Shown piece by piece: positions 1 to 6,404 of a stretch of 32,000 nt of DNA; position 1 is the first letter of the stretch; the number at the start of each line of letters is the position of its first letter. A program made the position numbers and the translations under genes. The DNA lies in contig CP001848.1 of assembly GCA_000025185.1 (NCBI GenBank), forward strand, positions 2,370,001 to 2,402,000, given 5' to 3'. The DNA is from Pirellula staleyi DSM 6068 (lineage in GTDB: Bacteria > Planctomycetota > Planctomycetia > Pirellulales > Pirellulaceae). The notes under the pieces are model-generated. The model was not told the DNA's origin and did not search any database. It saw only the letters and a program-made list of their open reading frames with translations.

Positions 1-59
1 CAGGAGCTGCGAGTCTTTTGCCAGCCTCGCCTCCCACACCGCGATAAAGCTCGGCACAC

Positions 60-656
60 TTAGTAGCGCCAAGCATTCGGCACGTTCTGAGCGCTGGGGT
101 GCTGAGGAGCGAGCGAAGGCTTTTGATCAGCCGCCTCGGTCGTCAGGATCTGAGAAGCGGCCGAGTCGATATAGCCTGTGATCCCGTTGAGCAATCGCTG
201 ACTTGCACCATCGAGCTTCTGCTCGACATACTGCTCCCGAGCCATCGTGCCGGTGCCTTCATACTGACTCGCCACCGAATGCGGGAGTGGCTCGCTCGGA
301 GCCTGCCAAGGGGTGGCGGTCATCGGCTCCTCTCCATACCACGGGTCGCTGCCAGTGGGAGCTGGAAAGGCCGGGCCGGTATAGCTGCGGTCGACCGTAG
401 TTTGAACTGTTGCGGGAACCGCCGGAAGCTGAAACCAGTTCGACGCCTCGGGGGCATTCGGGCCGGCGGTCGTTTGGGCAGCAGCTTGGGGAACCAGCCG
501 ATCGAGTTCGCTGGTCCAGCGCTGCCAGTCCACTTGGGGCAGCATCCACACCAGAGCCAAAGCCCCAAGCACTTCCACAATCGTGGCCGAGAAAAAACGA
601 ATGGGATTGAGACGCACTAGAGCACCCCTTCCTTGGTAACACTCACTACCAGGCAC
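60..656 (-). CDS. hypothetical membrane-anchored protein (one N-terminal TM helix, Pro/Ala/Thr-rich linker)
   Basis: 198-aa ORF. Hydrophobic segment IRFFSATIVEVLGALALVWML lies near the N-terminus. Overlapping ORFs in other frames are Arg/Gly/Ser-rich and look like nonsense. No family recognised. Confidence 0.45.
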   Translation of the reverse strand: MPGSECYQGRGALVRLNPIRFFSATIVEVLGALALVWMLPQVDWQRWTSELDRLVPQAAAQTTAGPNAPEASNWFQLPAVPATVQTTVDRSYTGPAFPAPTGSDPWYGEEPMTATPWQAPSEPLPHSVASQYEGTGTMAREQYVEQKLDGASQRLLNGITGYIDSAASQILTTEAADQKPSLAPQHPSAQNVPNAWRY

Positions 657-888
657 TCGCCGATCCTTGGCGACCTCGATAGCGGCTCGTTTTTGCCAGC
701 GGCTTTCAAAGCGAAAGCACCAGCGTCATTGCTGCTGGCAACACGCTAGGGGGAAACAGCAACGACTGTGCCGTGCGTAATGAAAAGTCGCAACTTTGCG
801 CCCTAAGGTACGTCGTATCTTCGGCTTGCTGACTTTGCGGCCTGCGGCGACAGCTTTCCGCGATTGCATTTCTGTCTCAAAATTGAAG

Positions 889-1116
889 TCAGAAGTTCTC
901 AGGCTGAGAATCCTCGGCGGCGTCATCGCCCGAACTATCGAGCATGCTAGCACTTGCGGAAGATTGGGCCGCTTGACGCGTCAGGGCTCGCTGCAGCCGA
1001 TCGATTTGCTCGGCTTGCTCCCGCACCACCTGCGAGAGGACCTCCACCTTCCGGTCGAGATGCGTGATCAAGATTTCGAGGTCGATCAGGTGCTCTTCCG
1101 CCGAACGCTGAGCCAT
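889..1116 (-). CDS. slyX: SlyX-like small coiled-coil protein (75 aa)
   Basis: The internal ATG at 1116 of ORF 889..1245 gives MAQRSAEEHLIDLEILITHLDRKVEVLSQVVREQAEQIDRLQRALTRQ... The heptad pattern, length and acidic/Pro tail resemble the SlyX family. The upstream 43 aa of the track ORF look non-coding. Confidence 0.5.
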   Translation of the reverse strand: MAQRSAEEHLIDLEILITHLDRKVEVLSQVVREQAEQIDRLQRALTRQAAQSSASASMLDSSGDDAAEDSQPENF

Positions 1117-1426
1117 CGCAAGATCTCGCCGAACTAAAAGAATCGAGCCTCTTTCGCCAAGCTTCGATTTTAGCGAGTTGCGTCTACGAAAAAACGCCTG
1201 GCATACCCTCACCCCAAAACTGCCCCTTGGTGCGCGAGTATGCAAGGCGTCTAGCCTAGGTCATCGGCCTCCACGTTGGATCAACATTTCGACATTTGTA
1301 GTTTTCGAGGCATTTTGCGCATCGCCGCAAGCGATGTTCGCTGCGGCCGGCCGCAGGATTTCAGCGGCGAAACAGGTGCCCGACGGGACCGATTATCGTG
1401 CCTGCAGCGAGTGGCCATCTCCTGCT

Positions 1427-1533
1427 GGTTTCCGCGCGACCAGCGCGCGCTCGCGCGTGTCGACGTGTGCCGTTTAAGGGGATTTCGCTGGCCGCCGCGC
1501 AGCCAGCGCGCGCTGGCGCAAGTCGGCGCGCGC
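1427..1533. repeat. diverged tandem duplication (about 45-55 bp x2) of a GC-rich palindromic motif
   Basis: CCAGCGCGCGCTCGCGC at 1440-1456 versus CCAGCGCGCGCTGGCGC at 1503-1519 (16/17). 1503-1516 is a perfect 14-bp palindrome, CCAGCGCGCGCTGG. Both units start with GG(A)TTTC and end with GTCGRCGYGYGCC. Confidence 0.7.
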
Positions 1534-1880
1534 CCCTCCGCCGGAATTGCCCCACTGCCGATCCCCCATCGGCTCGCGAGTTCGGCCCCCAAACCGCTCC
1601 GCCCCCTTCGCGCGCTCATTGCCAACCTGCGCTGCTGTCCGACTCGCCACCCCTGCAGCACCCCGCCACAGCCTCTCCGAAGCCTCGCGACGGTAAGATG
1701 TAACGCCTACGCACGAGATAGCACCGCTAGCGACACGATAGCCACCCCCAGCGGATAGAAATTTTTCGTCGTAAAGTATTTTCCAGGAATATACTTAGGA
1801 CGAATTTGGTGACGAGGGGGTTTTGCTCGCCGAGCCCGACCGTCTACAATCTGGGCATCGAAATTCGCGAAACCTTCAAA

Positions 1881-2123
1881 ATGAGACCCTCCACCATGAA
1901 CCTAACACTACCAGAACTGCTGGATGGTTCGTCGCCCACTACGGCGGCAGTGGTTGCTCGTAGCATCGTCGACCCTGCTCGGTTCCGCGAGCTGCTTGTT
2001 TCGCATCGCCGCATGGAACGCTTTCAAGAGCCTTCCCGAATCAAGATGCGTGGCCTCAAGGACCTCGACACCGGCGAGATCTTCCTCGTCGACGAACGCC
2101 GCCTCCTCGAACGCAGTCGCTAA
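1881..2123 (+). CDS. hypothetical small protein (80 aa)
   Basis: First ATG within ORF 1806..2123. Amino-acid composition is balanced. No recognisable family and the start is uncertain (alternative ATG at 1896). Confidence 0.35.
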   Translation: MRPSTMNLTLPELLDGSSPTTAAVVARSIVDPARFRELLVSHRRMERFQEPSRIKMRGLKDLDTGEIFLVDERRLLERSR

Positions 2124-2244
2124 GCTCGGCCGCGCTCCCATCGGCATTCTCTATATCCCCAGGCAAATCGCTGCGCTCTGCACGCCGTGATGCCGCAGGC
2201 CACTCTTCCACGCTGACAACCTCGCCGCAAGGTGCCTGCTCTCA

Positions 2245-2286
2245 GGTGCCATGCTCCTGTCACGAAGTACGGGTGCGATGCTCCTC
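2245..2286 (+). repeat. family A element, two orphan left arms
   Basis: GGTGCCATGCTCCTG (2245-) and GGGTGCGATGCTCCTC (2271-) match the head plus left stem of family A. Neither has a right arm. Confidence 0.6.
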
Positions 2287-2298
2287 TTTGCCCGGCTC

Positions 2299-2339
2299 GG
2301 GGTGCCATGCTCCTCTCGCGCAGCAGGAGGAGCATGCGA
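2299..2339 (+). repeat. family A-short palindromic element (GGGTGC-CATGCTCCTC-TCGCGCAGCAG-GAGGAGCATG-CGA)
   Basis: 41/41 identical to 2459-2499, and its reverse complement matches 11515-11554. It has a 10-bp perfect stem and an 11-nt loop. Confidence 0.9.
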
Positions 2340-2378
2340 CCTGCCACAGCGGGCTTTCTCGCAGCTAACTTGTCCTCA

Positions 2379-2432
2379 GCATGCTTGTCCTCCTCCGTGC
2401 CCATGGCACTTCGTCGGGCAAGCATGGCACCC
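2379..2432 (-). repeat. family A-long palindromic element (reverse orientation)
   Basis: GCATGCTTGTCC...ACTTCGTCGGGCAAGCATGGCACCC. It is near-identical to 6273-6324 and related to 11439-11490 on the opposite strand. Confidence 0.85.
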
Positions 2433-2458
2433 AGCTAGCAGCTCCTTGGTTCGTCAAA

Positions 2459-2499
2459 GGGGTGCCATGCTCCTCTCGCGCAGCAGGAGGAGCATGCGA
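2459..2499 (+). repeat. family A-short palindromic element
   Basis: Exact copy of 2299-2339, 160 bp downstream. Confidence 0.9.
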
Positions 2500-2570
2500 A
2501 GCTTGGCTCATGCTTCCTATTCTCCGGCTTGTCCTACTACTTCATCGAGCAATCAATGTTAGGCAAAACG

Positions 2571-2604
2571 GGGTGGCACTGCTGGCTTGTCCAGCAGTGT
2601 GAAT
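2571..2604 (+). repeat. family B palindromic element (GGGTGG-CACTGCTGG-CTTGT-CCAGCAGTG-TGAAT)
   Basis: Its reverse complement is 34/34 identical to 5883-5916. It has a 9-bp perfect stem and a 5-nt loop. Confidence 0.9.
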
Positions 2605-2977
2605 CGCAGCTGAGGGTGACATTAACCGATATACGAAGTAATACTTGCTCCCGTGTGCACTTCGTCGAGCTAGCCTCGCCCCAGCATTCGTGTGGCGCGT
2701 GATAGCACCGCTAGCCTCGACCTTCTTCACCCTCCACGTCAGTCGCAAGTCGACGCTAGCAATGCTTTTTCCATGCATTCCCGCTCGCGCCGGAGGCTAA
2801 TCCGAATATCTTGCCAAAATCGATGTCGACACGATTGGCAAAATGAGCATAATCCCACCCCGCCTGCCAAAGTGCACAGCCGTCAAAAGCCGATTCAGTT
2901 GCTAGGACCTAATCGGTGTGTGATGGCTCGCCAAGTTGGCGGCAGATGGACGGATCCAGACCCAAGTCCGCAGCAGC

Positions 2978-3874
2978 ATGATGCACCGCTGTGGCACGCG
3001 AGATTCAATCGTGGCCAACATTCACCCAACGGCTGTAGTCGACAGCAGCGCCGAAATCGGTGCTGACGTGACGATCGGCCCGTTTTGCGTTATCGAGAAA
3101 GGGGTGGTGATTGGCGACGGCTGCACGCTCGAAAGTCGCGTGGTCGTCAAAAGTCGCACTTCTCTCGGACGTCAAAACGAAATCGGCGAAGGGACCGTCC
3201 TCGGCGGCCGCGCCCAACATGTGCACGTCCTCGATCCCGGAGGTGTGCTCATCATCGGCGACAACAACCGGATTCGCGAAAACGCGACGGTTCATCGTGG
3301 CTATGCCAACGATGCCAAAACCACGATCGGCAACAACAATCTCATGATGGTCGGAGTGCACGTCGCTCACGATTGCACCGTCGGCAACAACACCATCATC
3401 GTCAACAACGCCATGCTCGCCGGGCATGTACAGGTCGAAGATCGCGCCTACATCTCCGGTGGCGTTGCGATTCACCAATTCTGCCGCGTCGGAAAATTGG
3501 CCATGGTGGGTGGCCTCGCCAAGGTGACCCAGGATGTGCCCCCGTTCGTGCTCGTCGAAGGTGGTGGCGCTCCCGAAGTTGTCGGACTCAATAAAGTTGG
3601 CATCCGTCGCAATGGCTACACCGCCGACGAAATGCTGCAGCTCAAAACCGCCTATCGTGTGATCTATCGCCAGGGACTCCGCTGGAGCGAAGTGCTCGAG
3701 ATCCTGCAGCGCGATTTCCCGACCGGACCTGCCGCCGCGATGCACGAATTTTTCGTCACCGGCAAACGAGGCTACGTGCAAGAACGACGTATCTCGCGCA
3801 AGGCCACCCTCAAACTCGCCGCTCCACCAGCGGACGAAGATGCCAGCGAATCTCGCGGTCGCGGCGCAGCCTAG
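2978..3874 (+). CDS. lpxA: acyl-ACP--UDP-N-acetylglucosamine O-acyltransferase
   Basis: Left-handed beta-helix hexapeptide repeats (IHPTAVVDSSAEIGADVTIGPFCVIEKGVVIGDGCTL...). LpxA-type C-terminal helical domain (GLNKVGIRRNGYTADEMLQLKTAYRVIYRQGL). Start placed at the first ATG (2978) inside the TTG-initiated track ORF. Confidence 0.9.
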   Translation: MMHRCGTRDSIVANIHPTAVVDSSAEIGADVTIGPFCVIEKGVVIGDGCTLESRVVVKSRTSLGRQNEIGEGTVLGGRAQHVHVLDPGGVLIIGDNNRIRENATVHRGYANDAKTTIGNNNLMMVGVHVAHDCTVGNNTIIVNNAMLAGHVQVEDRAYISGGVAIHQFCRVGKLAMVGGLAKVTQDVPPFVLVEGGGAPEVVGLNKVGIRRNGYTADEMLQLKTAYRVIYRQGLRWSEVLEILQRDFPTGPAAAMHEFFVTGKRGYVQERRISRKATLKLAAPPADEDASESRGRGAA

Positions 3875-3887
3875 TGCCCCAGAAGCA

Positions 3888-3927
3888 GAGGCTAGGGGCT
3901 AGAGATTAGAGATTAGAGGCTAGTCCC
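3888..3927. repeat. short CTAG-rich tandem repeat
   Basis: GAGGCTAG occurs at 3888 and 3916, flanking AGAGATT x2.6 (3901-3918). It lies immediately after the lpxA stop. Confidence 0.6.
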
Positions 3928-3988
3928 GTAGGTCAGGTCCCCTCTCAGGGACCTGACGGGAGTTGATCTAGCCATTCTTTCGCCGGGT
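3928..3988 (+). repeat. family C REP-like element: GTAGG + hairpin GTCAGGTCCC/ctctca/GGGACCTGAC + 31-nt tail
   Basis: 58/61 identical to 5236-5296. The stem is a perfect 10 bp. Confidence 0.9.
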
Positions 3989-4043
3989 TCATCTCCCCGC
4001 CATTGAGTCAACATAAACTAGCCGGGTGCCATGCTCCAGAACT

Positions 4044-4083
4044 GGGTGCCATGCTCCTGTCGCGCCAGCAGCAGGAGCATGCT
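4044..4083 (+). repeat. family A-short palindromic element
   Basis: GGGTGCCATGCTCCTGTCGCGCCAGCAGCAGGAGCATGCT. The stem CATGCTCCTG/CAGGAGCATG covaries relative to the other copies. An orphan head, GGGTGCCATGCTCC, precedes it at 4024-4037. Confidence 0.85.
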
Positions 4084-4111
4084 GAAGCCCGCGTGTCAGC
4101 AGGCCCATCTC

Positions 4112-4136
4112 GTAGGTCAGGTACTCCGTACCTGAC
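4112..4136 (+). repeat. family C REP-like element (GTAGG + GTCAGGTAC/tcc/GTACCTGAC)
   Basis: GTAGG head and a 9-bp perfect stem. Same head and first 7 stem bases as 3928/5236, with a different, self-complementary inner stem. Confidence 0.8.
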
Positions 4137-4190
4137 AGCGCACCAACCCGCCATCCACTCACCCCACCTGGCGTCTCTTCGCGCATTTCA

Positions 4191-4218
4191 TTGACTCCCG
4201 GCCCGCAATCTGCAGAAA
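4191..4218 (+). promoter_or_regulatory. candidate sigma70-type promoter TTGACT-N16-CAGAAA in a duplicated leader
   Basis: The identical architecture TTGACT-N16-CAGAAT recurs at 4609-4636 within an otherwise diverged (about 60-65%) direct repeat. Each copy sits about 95-100 nt upstream of a small ORF start. Confidence 0.3.
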
Positions 4219-4318
4219 AATCTCAGGCTTGGAAATTGCGGAGTTCGGTCTACGATTCGTTCGGCGGCTGACTAGCACCGGTGAACATTGGCGGGAAAAT
4301 CCCGTGGGAGGTAGGGCG

Positions 4319-4543
4319 ATGCGTACCCTGAGTTTCATCCTGCTCGCTCTGGGAGCGATCAGCATGTTGATCTCCTTGCCCCTCTTGGGGTTTGCTGTTC
4401 TCGGGTTTCTTGGCGTTCTGGCCGACGTGGGCGTTTCCGAGAATCGCGAAATGGGGATGCAGCTAGTCTTGATGGGACTTCCACCCCTGATCGGCGGTGT
4501 GGTCTTCTGCGCGATTGGCCTACTCGTCCTGAAGTTCAGGTAA
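4319..4543 (+). CDS. small integral membrane protein (74 aa, 2-3 TM segments)
   Basis: ATG at 4319 is preceded by GGGAGG (4305-4310). The product is strongly hydrophobic (FILLALGAISMLISLPLLGFAVLGFLGVL; LPPLIGGVVFCAIGLLVL). The stop TAA lies inside a degenerate family C hairpin. Confidence 0.45.
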   Translation: MRTLSFILLALGAISMLISLPLLGFAVLGFLGVLADVGVSENREMGMQLVLMGLPPLIGGVVFCAIGLLVLKFR

Positions 4544-4556
4544 GTGCATACCTGAC
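4534..4556 (+). repeat. degenerate family C hairpin (TCAGGTA/agtgca/TACCTGA) overlapping a stop codon
   Basis: 7-bp stem. It occupies the same position relative to the duplicated leader as 4112-4136, but the GTAGG head is replaced by GAAGTTCAGG. Confidence 0.55.
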
Positions 4557-4608
4557 AACACACTAGGCCGCCATCCACGTAGCAAGTCTGTGTCTCGCTG
4601 GTATTTCG

Positions 4609-4636
4609 TTGACTCCCCACCCTCGAACTGCAGAAT
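4609..4636 (+). promoter_or_regulatory. candidate sigma70-type promoter TTGACT-N16-CAGAAT in a duplicated leader
   Basis: Second copy of the 4191-4218 motif, 94 nt upstream of the ATG at 4730. Confidence 0.3.
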
Positions 4637-4729
4637 AGTTTGTGTGTGGAGTTGGTGGAGTTCTGTCTATTGGTTCTGTCTCTAAATCGAACCTACGTGA
4701 AACGGATCGTGTTTCGAAAATTCATCGCC

Positions 4730-5239
4730 ATGATTCGACAGCTTCTCGGTCAGCCCCAGACCGAATCAGCAGGCCGATGGGACATCGGCACTGCACACTT
4801 GCAATACGACTCCATCGAGGACTGGATGACTGGCGAAAACGTTCCGCTGGAGTTCATCAAGGAACCCGATCCGATACTTCGTGACAAATACATTCGGCAA
4901 TATGGAGAGCTTCGGCGTCACTTGTACGCAAAACACGTTGGTACGCTGTCACCTGACGTTCAGCAGGCAATCCATCAAGGGTGCCATCCGTCACAAAGCC
5001 ATCGATTCGCCGATGATGCTCAACCATACTGCGAGCTATTGCAGCGTCATTTGGCAACACTTGGCGTGGATATGTCGAACGTACAGTTGGGCTGGTACCA
5101 CATGGATAGGATCGTGCTCACAGTCGAAACGCCCAAGCAGTTTGATGTCGCAAGCTCCCGAGGGCTTCCATGGCTCTTTCAGGGCTTCGAGGTAAAATAC
5201 ATCTCCACTGCAGGCAAAGACGTTGCAGAAGACTTGTAG
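4730..5239 (+). CDS. hypothetical protein (169 aa)
   Basis: First ATG in ORF 4640..5239. Soluble-protein composition and no recognised family. The stop TAG is the TAG of the GTAGG head of element 5236. A paralogous 3' fragment lies at 5374-5466. Confidence 0.5.
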   Translation: MIRQLLGQPQTESAGRWDIGTAHLQYDSIEDWMTGENVPLEFIKEPDPILRDKYIRQYGELRRHLYAKHVGTLSPDVQQAIHQGCHPSQSHRFADDAQPYCELLQRHLATLGVDMSNVQLGWYHMDRIVLTVETPKQFDVASSRGLPWLFQGFEVKYISTAGKDVAEDL

Positions 5240-5296
5240 GTCAGGTCCCCTCTCAGGGACCTGACAGGAGTTGATCTAGCCATTCTCTCACCGGGT
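5236..5296 (+). repeat. family C REP-like element (61-bp form)
   Basis: 58/61 identical to 3928-3988. It is followed by a degenerate family A head, GGGTGCCTGTGCT (5293-). Confidence 0.9.
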
Positions 5297-5348
5297 GCCT
5301 GTGCTCGAAGCAGCTCAACCCAGTTTTGGCCAAACCTCGCATTATCTT

Positions 5349-5369
5349 GTCCGGTGGAACCGGACCTAC
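5349..5369 (-). repeat. family C REP-like element (reverse): GTAGG TCCGGT/tcc/ACCGGA C
   Basis: Its reverse complement has the same loop and length as 22923-22948. Stem changes are compensatory (GCCGGT/ACCGGC becomes TCCGGT/ACCGGA). Confidence 0.8.
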
Positions 5370-5373
5370 CTTC

Positions 5374-5466
5374 TTCGAGATAAAATACAGCTCCACAGAA
5401 GGCAAAGACGTGGCAGAAGCATGCGGTGAACCAGAACTGCCTGTGATCCGAGATTCGAAGTCCTAG
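5374..5466 (+). pseudogene. 3'-terminal remnant of a paralog of the 4730..5239 gene
   Basis: 5373-5421 aligns with 5185-5233 at 42/49 nt. In frame this reads FEIKYSSTEGKDVAE versus FEVKYISTAGKDVAE, then runs to a TAG at 5464-5466. No upstream ORF body exists; the fragment starts right after hairpin 5349-5369. Confidence 0.5.
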
Positions 5467-5540
5467 TTTGGGGCGGCCATTCCATTTTCTGCCGTCGTTA
5501 TGCATTCAGTAATCATCGAGCCTAAGGGAGTACATCCGGT

Positions 5541-5783
5541 ATGAATGGCAAGCAGCCGAATAATCCCTTGCACGGAGTCACGCTTGAGAGTGTCGTCGTG
5601 AGGCTTGTTGATCACTATGGCTGGGAAAATCTTGGCCTTCATATCAATATTAATTGCTTCAAGAATGATCCCTCGGTGAAATCTAGCCTGAAGTTTTTGC
5701 GACGAACACCTTGGGCCCGAGCGCAGGTCGAGAATTTGTACGTCGCTACCTTTCCGCTTCGTGGAAAGTCGGAAAATGCATAG
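5541..5783 (+). CDS. DUF2132 / VF530-family small DNA-binding-like protein
   Basis: [25 protein letters not shown]...[29 protein letters not shown] matches the VF530/DUF2132 signature ([30 protein letters not shown]). An AAGGGAG RBS lies at 5524-5530. GC is lower than the flanks. Confidence 0.8.
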   Translation: MNGKQPNNPLHGVTLESVVVRLVDHYGWENLGLHININCFKNDPSVKSSLKFLRRTPWARAQVENLYVATFPLRGKSENA

Positions 5784-5882
5784 CTAGAGGTTCACTTGGA
5801 CCATCTTGTAGTAGTCCGTCTACCGATCCATGTCATAATCCTCGGAGTGTTTGTGCACGCCGCAGCTCAAGGGCTTATAGAA

Positions 5883-5916
5883 ATTCACACTGCTGGACAA
5901 GCCAGCAGTGCCACCC
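5883..5916 (-). repeat. family B palindromic element (reverse)
   Basis: Exact reverse complement of 2571-2604 (34/34). Confidence 0.9.
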
Positions 5917-5986
5917 GGCCGTTTGATGATGGCGGCTGAGCTTTGTCGTTCGGCGATGCAGATCGTTACCCCTCCCAGGGTGCCCC

Positions 5987-6208
5987 ATGAAGGCGATTGA
6001 GATTTGGCGGAACGGTGAGAAGTTGGCAGCCGCAGGGTTGGTCGATGGTATGGTCACCGTCACGCTTACGATCAGAAATCCAAGCGACCCCATTTGGTTG
6101 GACGCGCGAGGACGCGATGCGTCGACAGGTGGGCATGCCGAATGGCTCCACGAATCTGCTCAGATTGGAGACGAATTCGTCCTTCGCTTGGTTGAAGTTG
6201 AACCGTAA
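5987..6208 (+). CDS. hypothetical small protein (73 aa)
   Basis: ATG-initiated ORF with balanced composition, bracketed by repeat elements at 5883 and 6273. No family recognised, and alternative overlapping ORFs exist. Confidence 0.4.
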   Translation: MKAIEIWRNGEKLAAAGLVDGMVTVTLTIRNPSDPIWLDARGRDASTGGHAEWLHESAQIGDEFVLRLVEVEP

Positions 6209-6272
6209 TACTTCGTCGAGCAAGTCGTTAGACGCAGAGATAAAACGTTTGCTAAGCGATGCCGCCCGGTTC

Positions 6273-6324
6273 GCATGCTTGTCCTCCTGCGTGCGAAGCA
6301 CTTCGTCGGGCAAGCATGGCACCC
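6273..6324 (-). repeat. family A-long palindromic element (reverse)
   Basis: GCATGCTTGTCCTCCTGCGTGCGAAGCACTTCGTCGGGCAAGCATGGCACCC, near-identical to 2379-2432. An extra ACTTCGTCGGGC motif lies at 6334-6345. Confidence 0.85.
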
Positions 6325-6404
6325 AGGTAAAGGACTTCGTCGGGCTAGGATGGGAGCCAGGGAAGTGGGGATGAAGGTTGAGGGGAGAGCAGTGAGGTGG
6401 GATC

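Noticed and set aside
2299-2499. Possible CRISPR array (exact 41-bp palindromic repeats)
   Set aside because: Only two exact copies are present, 160 bp apart. Other element types are interleaved, copies are dispersed genome-wide in both orientations, and no cas genes are present.
2251-2562. ORFs encoding recurring peptides such as MLLSRSRRSMR (also 11095..11547 -, 4003..4194 +, 22690..22878 +, 27238..27507 -)
   Set aside because: The recurring peptides are just translations of the family A palindromes, whose head contains ATG. The copies occur in both orientations and in varying frames, with no RBS or consistent ORF length.
1717-2715. 15-bp direct repeat GATAGCACCGCTAGC at 1717-1731 and 2701-2715, as possible insertion boundaries
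   Set aside because: A single 15-mer coincidence is about what chance predicts in 32 kb counted on both strands, and no further flank similarity exists.
3928-5296. Integron attC sites or a cassette array
   Set aside because: The hairpins lack the R''/L''-L'/R' architecture and the GTTRRRY core (the head is GTAGG). No intI gene is in the window. The cassette-like layout is kept only as a descriptive analogy.
5179-5505. 108-aa minus-strand ORF in the islet
   Set aside because: It spans a repeat element and the gene remnant, has an odd composition, and has no RBS or family match.
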